From Octopus vulgaris (taxonomy: Eukaryota): 64,000 bases of DNA. The stretch covers positions 212,412,001 through 212,476,000 of the forward strand of contig OX597815.1 of the NCBI GenBank assembly GCA_951406725.2. Direction: 5' to 3'. The position numbers and the translations under genes were made by a program. How positions within the stretch are numbered: position 1 is the stretch's first letter; every line of letters begins with the position of its first letter. Below, piece by piece: positions 14,373 to 27,876 of the stretch. A model generated the notes under the pieces. That model worked only from the letters and a program-made list of their open reading frames with translations, searched no databases and was not told where the DNA came from.

Positions 14373-14662
14373 GATATACAAAAAAAAAAAAGAAAATAGA
14401 ACATGTGAATGACAGAGAGTTGAGAAAGCAAGAAAAGTAAAAAAAAAGCGGACAAGAGTGCAGAAGAGAGAGCAATACATTGTTAGAAAGAGAGAGAGAA
14501 GAGGATCTTTTAGTGAAGAGAAAATAGAAAGAAGAGTAAAAGCAAAGGAAGGAAGGAAGAAAGGAAGGAAGGAAGGTGTAGTGGAAATTTAAAAAGAAGA
14601 CATTTTTTGAAGGTGACTGTTGAATTGCATTAGTTGTTCAGATTTTACTTAATGAAGCTCAG

Positions 14663-14726
<64 letters not shown>

Positions 14727-15004
14727 GAGAGATCAGTGAAGTGCTAAGAGTTTAAAAGGAGGCGATTCATGGGTGCAGAAGGAGAGGGTGGGAAGGAAGG
14801 AGGAAAACGCAAATCAATATGGATAAGACAGAGAGGGGAGAGGAGGGGTTGGGGAGGGGGTGGAAGCTGAGCGAAAACTACTAATAAACTGCATCAGTTT
14901 ATTAATAACAATAAACTATGCAAGGAAATACTGCTTTTTTTCTTCTAAGTGGTCCTAATTAGCAAAGCAAGCATTGATTTTTAAATATTTATTTCCTGTT
15001 TGTT

Positions 15005-15180
15005 TGGTGGTGGTGGTGGCTGTGGCAATAAATGCAGCGGCGGCGGTGGCGGCAGTGGTGGTGGTGGTGGTAGTGGTGATTGTGGTGGTGGTGGTAGTGA
15101 TTGTGGTGGTGGTGGTGGAAGAAGTATTAATGGTGGCGGCAGCGGCAGAAGTGTTAGTGGTAGCAGCGATGGCGGCGACT
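15005..15180. repeat. GC-rich (GGT/GGC)n low-complexity tract
   Basis: Visible directly in the sequence. Retains CpGs. Confidence 0.85.
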
Positions 15181-15781
15181 ATTACTACAACTCCATCATT
15201 TCATGGCCTTTGGCTAAGATCAAAGTGTACTATTACACCAGCCAGCATCATTATCATGCCATCACGAACTGTAATTATTATTGTAATGCCTGTTATTCAG
15301 ATATCTCGGGGCTAAACAGCTGATGCTCCGATCACAATAACCCACTTGGAAATTTCAATAAAAAAAGTCAGTTAACCTCAGAATCTTTAATTGCTCTGTT
15401 ATTAATAATAAACCTAACCTTGTGCCAGAGTTGATGTACAACAATAACAACAACCAGAGATAAGCAATGAAGATTTATAGAACGATATTGGATAAGTAGT
15501 GTTGGAGAGATCCCAGTAGATTAAACATACATACACATGCACACACATACACATATATACACATGCACACACATACACATATATACACACAGAGGTTTGT
15601 TTTGTCATTTTACATTCATTTATTTTCAATATGATGATTAAGTTATTTTTCCTAACCAGTTGCTCTTAATAAGTTTTGATACAACCAATTTAACACCCAG
15701 GGGCATCACTGTTTTGTAAATAGGATATACATCAGACAGGTTCAGGACCATGATGTGCATTTCATGTGGCCATCCAGTGTG

Positions 15782-15897
15782 TTTATTACCTCTGCCTTAG
15801 CAAAGGTGGAGGTATTGTTTTCAGTCATGTTTGTTTGTTTGTCCGTGGACAAGATATCTCAAGAACTGCTGGATGGATTCGGATGAAACTCTCAGTG
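15782..15897 (+). mobile_element. Helentron/HINE (DINE-like) terminal fragment
   Basis: TTTATTACCTCTGCC..GGTGGAGGTA hairpin, (GTTT)n, then GGATGGATTCGGATGAAACT, an arrangement typical of HINEs. Confidence 0.55.
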
Positions 15898-17082
15898 AAG
15901 ATATTGTTATAAAGGCAAGCAATAAGTATACTTGTTTCTAAAATAGGCACATGCCAGAAATTTAATAAGGAGCTAAGCTGATTAAATTGATCCCTGTACT
16001 TGACAGGTATTATATTTTATCACCACAGAGGGACAAAAGTTGATTTTGGTAATATTTAAACTTGAACTCAGAACCTAAACGAAGGCATTTTGTCTGTCAC
16101 ACTAATGATTCTACCAATGATAATATCCCTTTTTATATTTAACTTGTTTCAGCCATAGGATTTAGTCCAACAGACTAATCCCAGAATTTCTTTTACTTTT
16201 CTCAAGTCTGGTACTTATTATATCGGTCTCTTTTGTCAAACTATTAAAATTACTGGGGACATCAACAAGCCAAGACTGCTTGTCAAACAGTGGAAGGATA
16301 CAACATACACACACACAGAGGCAAACACACACACACACGCACACACAATGGGCTTCCGCACCATTTTCATTTACCAAATCCACTCACAAGGCATTGGTCA
16401 GCCTGAGGCTATGGTAAACAACACTCGTGTCCAAGAAGCCTCAGAGTGGGGTTGAACCCAAAATCACATGGTTGCAAAGCAAGCTACTTAACCACACAGC
16501 CATTCAGTGCCTTGAAAATTCATTACCAAAATAGTACACACAAATACATGACCAAAATCCTAAGATTTATGTACATAACATACAGAAAACAGTGCTTCTA
16601 GGCACTGCACATTTACTATCTAAAGTACTTTTCAATATAATCAAAATAAAAAAAAAACACATGTAGTCTAGGTGTACAGAGCAATGCTTAGCTGTGTCGT
16701 GAAAGCACAAAATATTAAAAGCCAGCAGTAAAATCAATGTTGGTGTTGTTATATCATAAGGACATTAAGCAGGAAAAGATAACATCTGGCAAGCAGACAA
16801 ATTATTGATTCCCTAAAATTAAATTTAATAATTGATTTTTCATAAAGGGAAAAAAAAAAAATGTTCATCAAAAATAAAGAGGAAAATTTTTATGAAATGA
16901 GCTGTAACAGAGTGAAGTATATTCTGAGTTGATCACAAGTTATATTTAATTGAAATTAGCATGATGATATCATAGAAATATAATGGAACCTTGGTGTGCT
17001 CTGAAGCAAGTTGCTGCTTTGAAGGAGGCATAACTTTGTATACATTAGGATGACATACTTTAAAAGCACATACAATACCTAC

Positions 17083-17103
17083 TTCACACTTGAATTGCCA
17101 TTC
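17083..17103 (-). CDS. Candidate 21-nt frame-preserving microexon (NGNSSV or EWQFKCE)
   Basis: Acceptor cacttctcttgttag| and donor |GTAGGT. Confidence 0.25.
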
Positions 17104-17851
17104 CTAACAAGAGAAGTGTAAATAATCAGCCACAACACACAGAGTCAACAAGTGCAGTAACTTCTGCAGTCGGTTCAACTCAACAAAACAAGCTGTTCTG
17201 TAGTATTCTTTCCATTATTCTTTTGTCTTCAAACGGTGTATTCCAAAGCTAGCTCCTGTTCTCACCAATCTCTTCAACACACACACACACACACATTACA
17301 AACATACAATTACAGCATACAAGATGCATATTAGCCATTCAAAAACACACAAAGACTTGACTTCACTTAAACATTTATTTATTATTTGATGTCTAAATTT
17401 TCATCATACCAACTGTGACTTGGTCACAGATGGTTTTTCACTAACTGAACCATGTCACAGGTTGCAGTTAGTGCAAGGAAACTTTTGACAGCAAAGAATA
17501 AGTGTTTAAGCTAACAGTCTCACTGTGTTTTTGAATGGCTAATAAGGACTTTAAAAACGACTTTGAAGGACCAAAGGTTCCTTGTAAAATGCATCAGAAT
17601 TTGGAAAGACAATCATGATGTTTCAAGGTTTACACAAGTATATACGATGCTGACTTTTATGCCAAAAAATATGGTAATAAAGAAAAGTGTACTCTTCTTT
17701 TGAATTGAAGTCACTTATTGAATTTATCTCTGCTGGAATGCTTTAAAGCCATGAGAAACGAGGATCAAGAATCTTAATTAAGATGATCAGGTCAATCAAG
17801 AATTTTAATATTGATTACTTACATTGGCACCATGCCACAAATTTACACAAA

Positions 17852-18062
17852 TTAAACCCTTTAGCATTCAGAATACTCTATCAGATGTAATAGTTATATA
17901 TTCACATATTTTTAATTAGTCATGTAATATCTCATAGCTTCAAGATTTCAATAAAGTGATTGTTTTATTTTTAGAATGGTATTGTAGGATAGGTGTGAAA
18001 GGCCAGGTCTGGCTGGTTTGAACATAAAGCAGATATAGCCAGTTTGAATTCTAAGGTGTTAA
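17852..18062. mobile_element. TTAA-flanked piggyBac-like MITE (second copy 44342-44558, fragment ~2535-2720)
   Basis: Imperfect TIRs TTAA(A)CCCTTTAG..CTAAGGTGTTAA. Homologous copies elsewhere in the window. Confidence 0.6.
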
Positions 18063-18905
18063 ATTCAACCAACAGTATATTCCTAGTATTTTTTTTTTAA
18101 TTATTAATTTCAAAGAGAAAGGAAATGTAATGGAACTTGATGTAACACAAGGTGTACTGTTCTGATTCTGTCATTCCCTACTCTCAATCTAGAATATATT
18201 TAAAAAAAGAGAAAAAACAAAGAGCTGAAGAGGAATAAATATATCATAAGAGCTAATTCAAATATAATTTGTGATATGAAATTCCAGCACAGAATATGAT
18301 CTTTCATTGATTGGCTGACATCATTTACTTCTATGACAGTTAAAATCAAGTTAAAAACCATCTCAGAGATCTTTTAATGAATGTGATGATTTTGGATTGT
18401 GACAGAAACTATAAATACAAATTTCAGAATCTGAAATATATTCCAACAAAAAAAATTACTAGAAATAAAATTTTAACCTAAGAAACTTGCAGAGATCATT
18501 ATCTCTCTCTCTCTGTCTCTCTCTCTCTCTCTCTCTTTCCCAGAGAGAGAGAAGGAATGCTTACAGACATGCACAGATTGAGAAAAAAAGGGGAAAAAAT
18601 TGTCTATAATATTGTATGCATCACACAAAGGAAGGGTTCCAGATTCAACAGAAAGGTTAAATCTCTTTAGAACAAACATATGCACATTCAAAAGAATAGA
18701 TATCTATCATTATTATTATACACACACAAACATGCAAGTATTTATATATATATAATGTTCACTTATACAGATTCAAATATATTACACACACTGGCATCAT
18801 ATGCCACACATGTATGTATGTGTATACATTTAGATAACATACACACACAGACATATATGCATGTACATGAATACAAGTCAGTATAAATGAAAATCTTTGC
18901 ACATA

Positions 18906-18940
<35 letters not shown>

Positions 18941-21900
18941 CAACAGGTGTGTATATAGGAGCACTTGTATATCAGAAGCTATGCAAATGAGATGAATGGC
19001 AGATAAGGTAGGAGAAATCTAGAAGAAAAAGAAAGAGATTAAAGAAAGTGGAATTTATATGAGGGGGGGAGAGAGAGAAAGATAAAGAATGTGTGCACAC
19101 ACTCATACATGTACACATACATGCATGGTCACGTGCACATGTATGCATATGTATATGTGCATGAAAGGAACAAATATAAACAACTTAATAAACAGTCAGA
19201 AAATAATTAAGAGAGAGCAGCAAAATGGAGAGGAAGAGGAAGAGGTAGGGAGGGAGGGAGAGTGAGAGAGACAAAATATTGGCAAATGACAGAGAGAAAG
19301 AAGAGAAAGAAGGAAAATGCAGAGACAACGAAAACTGTCATGAAACAGGAAAACGTGAAATCTTAAGTTATAAAAGGAAAGATAAAAAAAAAAAAAACAG
19401 AAATTAATGTAAAAGAGAAAGAAATGATATGGAACTGGTTTTTAAAAATCTAGGATTTCTTTTAAAAGTATTGATTCCTTATATAAAAGCACAAGCTCTT
19501 AGATTTGTAAGAGGAGGGAAATGAGTTTTTATATTTGTGCCTTTCTTAAGATCCTTTCTGATATAAGTGAAATGAAACCTCAACCTTTATCAAGAATCAT
19601 CAACTCTAAATTTGGCCTATTTTAAGTTTTTTTCTATAGCAAAATATCCCAAATTTATCTTTGTCATGGAAATCATGATGTTTTGTTTTTTTAAGACATC
19701 ACCACTCTTGCCACCCAATTTTAATAATTTTAATTTGTTTCAATGAAACAAAATTCATTTTAGCCAGAAAATTTATTTAGATATATACAGATGTGTGTGT
19801 GTAGGAACAGACCTGGCTGTGTGGTAAGAAGCTTACTTCCCAATCATATGGTTCTGGGTTCAGTCCCACTGCATGGCACCATGTGCGAGTTTCTTCTACT
19901 ATTGCCTTGGTCCAACCAAAACCTTACGAATGGACTTGGTGAAAGAAGCCCTTTGTGTGTGTGTGTGTATGTGTGTCCGTGTCCCACTACTGCTTGATAA
20001 CCAGTGTTGGTGTATTTATGTTCCTGTAACTTAGCAGTTCAGCAAAAGAGGCTGATAAAATAAGTATGAGGCTTAATAAAAAAAAAAATAAGTACTGAGC
20101 TTGATTTGTCTTGCTAAAATTCTTACAGTACCCCAAAACAAGGCTGTAGTCAAATGACAGAAACAAGTAGGAAATAAAAGAGATATGCATATGTGAGGGG
20201 GTGTAGGTGGTAGAGAGAGAAAGAGAGATAGAGAGAATATATACAAGAAATTTTCATCAACTGATGTAATGTAATAGGTATGTAGTATGAGTGCTTAGTT
20301 TGGTTTACTATAAAAACTCCAGTTTGAACTATAATTGAAAAATGTGTTGCTGAGGAGAATGCCAATCAAAGGCAACTAGAAGTGGTTTCTCCTTAAGCGG
20401 GTGGAAATAGTTTAAAATAGAAAATGAAAGAGCAAAACATTTAGCATCACTCAAGAAAACATTTAATTTGGATAGAGAATATAAATAGTCTCCAACAGCT
20501 GTTTCTAGAGGAGCCAAGCATGTGGATCATTATATTGAGTAAGGATTCCATAAACTATGTATTCCGTTATCAGAGATAGAGAAATCAAGAACTATAAAAA
20601 TGAAGAATATCCCCCAATCAATGATAGTAGTACTTTCCAGTTTATCAAAAGGCAGGGGAAGGATCAAAGTGAAAAGTGTGTTCACATATATATATACAGA
20701 ATAAGAGGAGACACATGGGATAGAGAGTTATTGAAGAGGTCACAAAATGTGTGACAAAAGAACTTTGACTAAGAAACTAAAATAATATTAACAAAGCTGA
20801 AGTGAAGACCAAATATATAGTTTGTGTATATAATTTGCAAGTATAACAATCTGTTTCAACATACGACTTCACATCAAGAATCTTGCATAACAAATACATA
20901 AACATAATAATGATTTTTTATTTATTTTTTTGTTTATATATATATATATAATGTATGGCTCAATGGTTAGAGCATTGGGGTCACAACCATGATATAGTGA
21001 GTTCGATTCCCAAACTGGATTGTGTGTTGTGCTCTTAGGCAAGACACTTTATTTCACATTGCTCAAGTTCACTCATCTGTAAAAATGAGTTGCAACTCTA
21101 GGCATAGGCATGGCTGCAAAGTTAAGAAACTCACTTTGCAACCACATGGTTTTGCATTCAGTCCCATTGTCAGCACCTTGGGAAAATGTCTTCTGCAACA
21201 AGCAAATAGTAAATATATATAAATAAATAAAATATAAATAGATTTTGAAATTTAACAAAAAGACTCCTTATCTTGCAGAACCCCAGAAATTTTTCATGGA
21301 CCCCTATTTATGAAACACTGTTCCATGTTACTCACCACAGTTGACCAATAATATTGGTTAAACTAGAATAGATTAGACTGAGCTATTTTTGTTGTTGTTC
21401 TTGCCTAGTTTCACATCAGCACCCAAAGACATCATAAACACGATTATCACCTCTTCTTCACAAGCACATTATCCAAGATTTTCATTTTTTATCGTATTTT
21501 AATCTAGTAGGTGAAATGGGTGAGATTTGCCTGCTATTTCTCACAAATATAGTGACACTGATAGACTTCATGATTTTTTGGGAGTGTTTTAGTTGAGGTT
21601 TTTTCTTTTCTTTTCTTTTTTTTCTGTAAGCTTTCTTGGATGTGACATGTTGGCACTAATGTGATATGTTGGCACTAATGTTATCATAATCACCATAACT
21701 TCTTGAAAGTTGAGTGATATTAAAGAAAGCATATGCAAAGCTAAATATAATTTTTACCACAGCAATTTATAAGTGTTTAAGTTTGTAGTAAAATTCTAAC
21801 TAAAGATCCTAACACACACCTAAATACATACACACATACATACGCACAATCTTACATACACGCATATACACATTGATCATCTAATACAAGATTCACATCA

Positions 21901-22379
21901 CATGAACATGTTTAGCCCAGGGTCAACCACAAGAACTATGATCAAAAGCATTCTTTCTGCAATCACCCAGGCTTTCTAGCAGTATGTAGTACTACAATCC
22001 TTTCCTCATTTAAGACAGTAGGATGTGATTTGATGGAGAATACTTGCTATTTTTAGCAGGTCAAGTCACCATACAGAAGTTTCCTCAGTTCTCTGTCATT
22101 AAACTTGCATAGATGTGCAACAATTGTGCAGCACAGTGCAGAAACACTGTCAGTCTCAACACCGTTAGTTATGTATGTTGCAGGTGTAATTGTGTAAGCT
22201 TCCTGCTTACAAGCGCAACACATTTCGCTGCTAAATGTGCATGACTGCGGCATTAAATTGCACTGATGCATCTAAACATGTTTATAGAAGATAGATACAA
22301 GTGAGTGTAAACTAATACTATTTTGTCTGGATATGGGGGTGGGCTTGAGTGGGTGAATATACATACGTGTACATACATA

Positions 22380-22432
<53 letters not shown>

Positions 22433-22496
22433 ACAAAATAAAAAATAAAACATATGCATATATATACATACATATATGTACATACCTACATCTATA

Positions 22497-22712
22497 CACT
22501 CTTTACTCTTTTACTTGTTTCAGTCATTTGACTGCGGCCATGCTGGAGCACCGCCTTTAGTCGAGCAAATCGACTCTGGGACTTATTCTTTGTAAGCCCA
22601 GTACTTATTCTATCGGTCTCTTTTGCCGAACTGCTAAGTTACGGGGACGTAAACACACCAGCATCGGTTGTCAAGCAATGCTAGGGGGACAAACACAGAC
22701 ACACAAACACAT

Positions 22713-22758
<46 letters not shown>

Positions 22759-22921
22759 GACGGGCTTCTTTCAGTTTCCGCCTACCAAATCCACTCACAA
22801 GGCATTGGTCGGCCCGGGGCTATAGCAGAAGACACTTGCCCAAAATGCCACGCAGTGGGACTGAACCCGGAACCATGTGGTTGGTTAGCAAGCTACTTAC
22901 CACACAGCCACTCCTGCGCCT
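22497..22921 (-). mobile_element. SINE family A, full length
   Basis: Homology to other copies. Confidence 0.9.
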
Positions 22922-22941
22922 ATAAATATATATAAAAGCAA

Positions 22942-22983
<42 letters not shown>

Positions 22984-23104
22984 CCATACATGCATGCTTT
23001 CCGACAGTGTCATCGAGTGCAACTGAACCCAAAACCCACATGGCTTCAAAGTAAGCTTCTTAACCACACAGCCATACTGGCACCATTAAACTATAAAGCG
23101 ACAA

Positions 23105-23325
23105 AACAAACAAACAAACAACCCAACCAATCTCAACCAATGAAAAGTCAGCTTAACTGATAACCTATCAATATCATTTTGTTTTTTTCCAGAGTCCATT
23201 TTTGTTGTTATCAGAAGAAGCACATGTGATACGAAACTGAGTAGTAATGGAGTCAATCACCAACTGATTTATAATAAATATTAAAGACACACCATGTATT
23301 GCGTACTTTTTCTTTTGTTTATATA
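23105..23325 (+). mobile_element. PLE terminal repeat (pLTR) homologous to 26550-26730
   Basis: Shared accaatctcaaccaatgaRaagt and aaactgagtagYaatRgaRtMaatca blocks. Ends in (TA)n. Confidence 0.65.
23205..23250 (+). ncRNA. Minimal type I hammerhead ribozyme motif (C3-G8 core, U4A mutation)
   Basis: UUGUUAU-CAGAAGA-AGCACAUGUGAUAC-GAAA-CUGAG-UA-GUAAUGG. GUA cleavage triplet. Stem I is rich in G.U pairs. Confidence 0.6.
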
Positions 23326-23379
23326 TATATATATATTGAGAATAATATATTCTCATATCTGTGTGTGTGTGTATGTATG

Positions 23380-23416
<37 letters not shown>

Positions 23417-23418
<2 letters not shown>

Positions 23419-23580
23419 GCGCAGGAGTGGCTGTGTGGTAAGTAGCTTGCTAACCAACCACATGGCTCCGGGTTCAGTCCCACTGCGTGGCATCTTGGGC
23501 AAGTGTCTTCTGCTATAGCCCCGGGCCGCACCAATGCCTTGTTAGTGGATTTGGTAGACGGAAACTGAAAGAAGCCCGTC

Positions 23581-23635
<55 letters not shown>

Positions 23636-23845
23636 TCATGTTTGTCCCCCTAGCATTGTTTGACAACCGATGCTGGTGTGTTTACGTCCCCGTCACTTAG
23701 CGGTTCGGCAAAAGAGACCGATAGAATAAGTACTGGGCTTACAAAGAATAAGCCCCGGGGTCGATTTGCTCGACTAAAGGCGGTGCTCCAGCATGGCCGC
23801 AGTCAAATGACTGAAATAAGTAAAAGATAAAAAAGATAAAAGAAA
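23417..23845 (+). mobile_element. SINE family A, full length, inverted relative to 22497-22921
   Basis: Homology to other copies. Confidence 0.9.
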
Positions 23846-24019
23846 GATATATATATATATATATATAATTTCAGTAAAACAATTAAGATTCAAGTGAATT
23901 CCAATGAATTCAAATGAACGTGGTACTTAACTTAGATGCACCAGAAATCTTTATGGTATTAACCATAAAATAATGTGGGGTGATTATAAACAAGAAAAAA
24001 GCAACAAGAATGGATTAGT

Positions 24020-24070
<51 letters not shown>

Positions 24071-24164
24071 TCTCCTATAATGTTGACATCCATCTACAAA
24101 CTGAGAATAAACCGTTGATGATGGGAAAGCAATCTGTTCTTTATGCTTTGAAGAATGTAGATGC

Positions 24165-24575
24165 AGGTAAAACTGTGGTAAGAAGCTTGCTTCCCAACCA
24201 CATGGCTCTGGGTTCAGGCCCCACTGCATGGCACCTTGTGCAAGTGTCTTCTCTTATAGCCTCAGGTTAGCTGAAGTCTTGTGGGTGGGTCTGATAGACA
24301 GAAACTGAAAGAAGTCCGTCATGTGTGTGTGTGTGTCTGTGTGTGCGTGCACACGCTCGTCTCTTTGTGCCTCTGTTTGTCCCTCACCACCGCTTGACAG
24401 CCAGTGTTATGTTTATGTCCCCATAACTTAGTGGTTCAGTAAAAGAGACTGATAGAATAAGAACCAGGTTTTAAAAAAAATAAGCACTAAGGTCAATTTA
24501 TTCGACTACAAAATTCTTCAAGGCAGTGCCCCAGCATGGCCACAGTCTAAAGACTGAAACAAGTAAAAGATAATA
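24165..24575 (+). mobile_element. Older SINE family A copy (similar old copies near 340-768, 7780-8790, 16130-16505, 19803-20180, 41420-41970, 46850-47185, 57465-57855, 62735-62905)
   Basis: Diverged homology to family A. Confidence 0.8.
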
Positions 24576-24599
24576 GATACAGATGCCAAGATTTGTACC

Positions 24600-24934
24600 T
24601 TATGCCTCAATGCAAAAAGAAAAAAATCTGATAGTGTAATCAAGTACATGAGGTTGAAAGATTTCTTCTATGAAAAAGAAACCACTGGAATACCTACACA
24701 GGAATATGGATTCAAAGCATGAAAACATATCCTCTCTATCTTTATCTCTCTTCCACCTCCAACCCAACAAAAAGAGGAAGAAAATTAAGGCACTTGAAAA
24801 CTTCAAATCAGATCTCATCAATTTGATAAGTTATGACTCCAACACCACATCAAAGCTCTTCTAAAACGCTATGAACAACTACATGAAATTTCTCATGCAA
24901 ACCTCCAATGCCTACATTTGTAGATAAAGCAATG

Positions 24935-24976
<42 letters not shown>

Positions 24977-26730
24977 AACTAAATAGCATGTTAATCTGAA
25001 CGTCTGGTAATAACATTATCAAAACATACAAAAAAAAGGCAGCCTTATTTCTTATAACATCATAGAACTAAACTCCCACCTAAAAATAGGAAACTCTGTA
25101 GAGTGTAATGCTATGTGCAAACTCTATATTACCCTTAAGGACCATAAGACGAACATCTAGAAATGTAAGTACAGATTAATTAACCTCTCCAAAAGCAAAT
25201 TGGAATTACTAAGTAAGTATATTTGTGATGTATTTAATCTTAGAATCACATTTCACCACCATTAAGTGGTACCACATCAGAGAAAGAAAAACTCAGTAGA
25301 TTCACCCAATTTACATAGTAAACTGCTAGGTCTACACCCCTTCTCTTGAAAGCTCTAAAATTTGAAAGAAAATTTACTACCATTAGTAATCTTGACAATG
25401 AATTCAAGAAAGTTACTGTTATACCATGATGATTCTTACTGAATCAAAAAGAAGAGTAGTTAGAAGTGTACTGAAATATTCAATGTTTGTTTGTCTCAAA
25501 CACACTGAAGGCACACTACCCACCTCATAGGTCAAGACTCCATACAGGCAACAGTTTAATAATACCATACAACATAAATGGTCATGCTGTTGACAGATTT
25601 AGGAAAAACCTGCACTTTATTACTAACCTAATAATAGCTAACCTTTTAGATATTACACTACTCTTACCGAAAGTCTAACAAAGAATCCATCTACATACAC
25701 AAGAATTCCTATTAGAATTCAGATTTCTAATGGACAGCATAAGTAGAAGAATATCCAACATAACCTCAGGCATGAACATATTCAACAGGGCCACCTTCTA
25801 TTACACTGATGCACTAGTAAGAAGTGATTGTAGTGAGTATAAAGAACACACTACACACCAGCAGAACCAGAAAAGAGGAAAGAGAAAGTAATCAGGTGTA
25901 GATTACTGTTTAACATGAAAGTAGCCAACAGCATAACCAGGAATTTCTAAGATACAATTTCCCACTAAACAATTACAAAGAACTCTTCAAAACTAATAAT
26001 ATTCAGGATAAGACCAAAGCATAAAATATGCACCTATAGAACTCTCACTCCAACAACCAAACTATAATTGTATGAGCCCCTCAATATGCCTGAGAGGAAT
26101 AACTAATGACTCACTACAAACACATTCAAAAACCAATACAACCACCATTTACATTCATTCAGGTCAAGGGACAAGAACTCCATACCCTCCTTCCATTTCA
26201 TTCGGAAACTAATATACTACAGATCTGAACATTCCCTAATAATCTGAAACATTGCAATCAAAGCTACCTCCTACAACACTGAATGCCTAAACTATACCTG
26301 AGCATTTCACATCCTAAGACAACTAGAATATTGATAAGATCTTAAGTATTATCCATTTTCAGTAAGTGGAGACTATTCTTTCTGACAACTTCCACCTGTC
26401 TGAAATTACCATAAAACTGCTATAGTCATTATCGCAAGCATTGTAGAGTAGCTGTCCTCGATACTTGCACATCACACCTGAGCATTTTCATACATCATAC
26501 TAGCTAAAACCAGCAGTAACAGCTTCACCTGCAACATAAAGAATCACTTGACCAATCTCAACCAATGAGAAGTGGCTTAACCAGTCTCCATTAACACATC
26601 TATTTCTCCCAGTTTATGTCATCAATGATGAATGAATCTACAAGGTACAAAACTGAGTAGCAATAGAATAAATCATTAACCGATTCTTGATAAAGTCTAT
26701 GCCACATAACAAGCATATGCATAAATGCTT
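24600..26730 (+). mobile_element. Degenerate near-full-length Penelope-like retroelement (RT remnants, possible GIY-YIG remnant, 3' pLTR)
   Basis: Collinear broken peptides typical of PLE ORFs: KALENFKSDLINLI (~24790), LYITLKDHKTNI*KCKYRLINLSKSKLELLSK (25122), LLDITL..YRKSNKESIYIHKNS (25643), MDSISRRISNITSGMNIFNRATFYYTDALVRS (~25730). Many stops and frameshifts. Confidence 0.8.
26616..26665 (+). ncRNA. Degenerate hammerhead motif in the 3' pLTR
   Basis: AUGAUGA...C-AAAA-CUGAGUA. Positionally homologous to 23205-23250, with C3A and G12A changes. Confidence 0.45.
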
Positions 26731-26773
26731 TATATATATGCAAGCAAATATGTATAAATAGGCTTATATTTTA

Positions 26774-27286
26774 CTAGCAGTATCGCCCGGCGTTGCTCAG
26801 GTTTGTAAGGGAAATAACTATATAAGCATTTTTAGAGAGTTACTTCCCTTATAGATGCCAGTTCGGGCTTTCTTAGCCATTTCTATTTTGGTGTCTTCAA
26901 GCCATGAAGTCGTTGTTCTAAAAGAACGCTGGTCTCCTTGACAACGCTTTACGACGTTGATTTCCTTACACTCCCTTCCCCACAGCTTCACGAGGGAGGG
27001 AAGAAGGGGGAGAAGCAAACAGGTGCAGGTGTGACCATGGACGCCAACTCCGCCGCCATCGACACACGAAAAATTATGCATTAAAATGGAATAAAAAATG
27101 ATGTTAAATTATTTTTTAAACCGTAGACTCATCGTAGACGCGCGCTAATACTCAGACGGGCTCGATATGAATCACGACTATAAGATACCCAAATTTGATT
27201 AAACTGCACCGCAAAATGTGGGAGTAGTTAGGAATCTAAATCGAAGGGGACAGACACTCACACAACTACAGTTTTATATATATAGA
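26774..27286 (-). mobile_element. Non-autonomous Helitron
   Basis: A|TCTATATATATAAAACTG...CCTGAGCAACGCCGGG hairpin..CTAG|T. Inserted in an AT target. Confidence 0.85.
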
Positions 27287-27290
27287 TATA

Positions 27291-27787
27291 TCTTATATAA
27301 AATCCATTCTGTCTGTCTGAGTGTGTGTGCGTGGCTTCTAGGGTCTCGGGCATCTTCCATCTGACTGCGCTCAAATTTGTTATGTAGATACCGATGGTAT
27401 CAGGACATGTATAAGTCTTGAAAAATATTACAAAAATTTGTTCCAGGTGAGAATGCAATCAATAAAGCCGTGGGGAAATCGTTTTTCTTTGGAATAGAAA
27501 AAAAAGTCTCTCTTTATTTCTTCTTTTGCTGGTGTCTCAAATTTAGGTTAAATCAGTGTTTCTGAAAGGGGAGGCCTATGAGACAGTCGGACAAGTTGTT
27601 TTGAGAAAATTTGGTTTAAATGTTTGACAACTCAGCACCATCCATTGGATGAGGGGCGTTTTGCTTGTGTGTGTATATATATATAAAATATAATTAATAT
27701 AAACAGCTAAGCACAAGATGACACTGTAATGAAAAATTCAATCATCACCAAGTATGGCTAAGGGTGTCAATGCACCCACATTGCTAG
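27291..27787 (+). mobile_element. Non-autonomous Helitron (second family)
   Basis: A|TCTTATATAAAA, GTCT/GT microsatellite, GGGTG-TCAATG-CACCC hairpin, then CTAG. Confidence 0.7.
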
Positions 27788-27831
27788 CAATAAGAGTTAA
27801 AATACTCTTAATTCTGTAGGAAGAGTGCAAA

Positions 27832-27876
<45 letters not shown>

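Noticed and set aside
13985-14480. Long YI/CV/HT-rich ORFs here and elsewhere
   Set aside because: Microsatellite translations. Only the last 56 nt are kept as a candidate exon.
14974-15323. Gly-rich and Val/Ala-rich ORFs
   Set aside because: The triplet repeat lacks stops in several frames, and there is no ATG or splice support.
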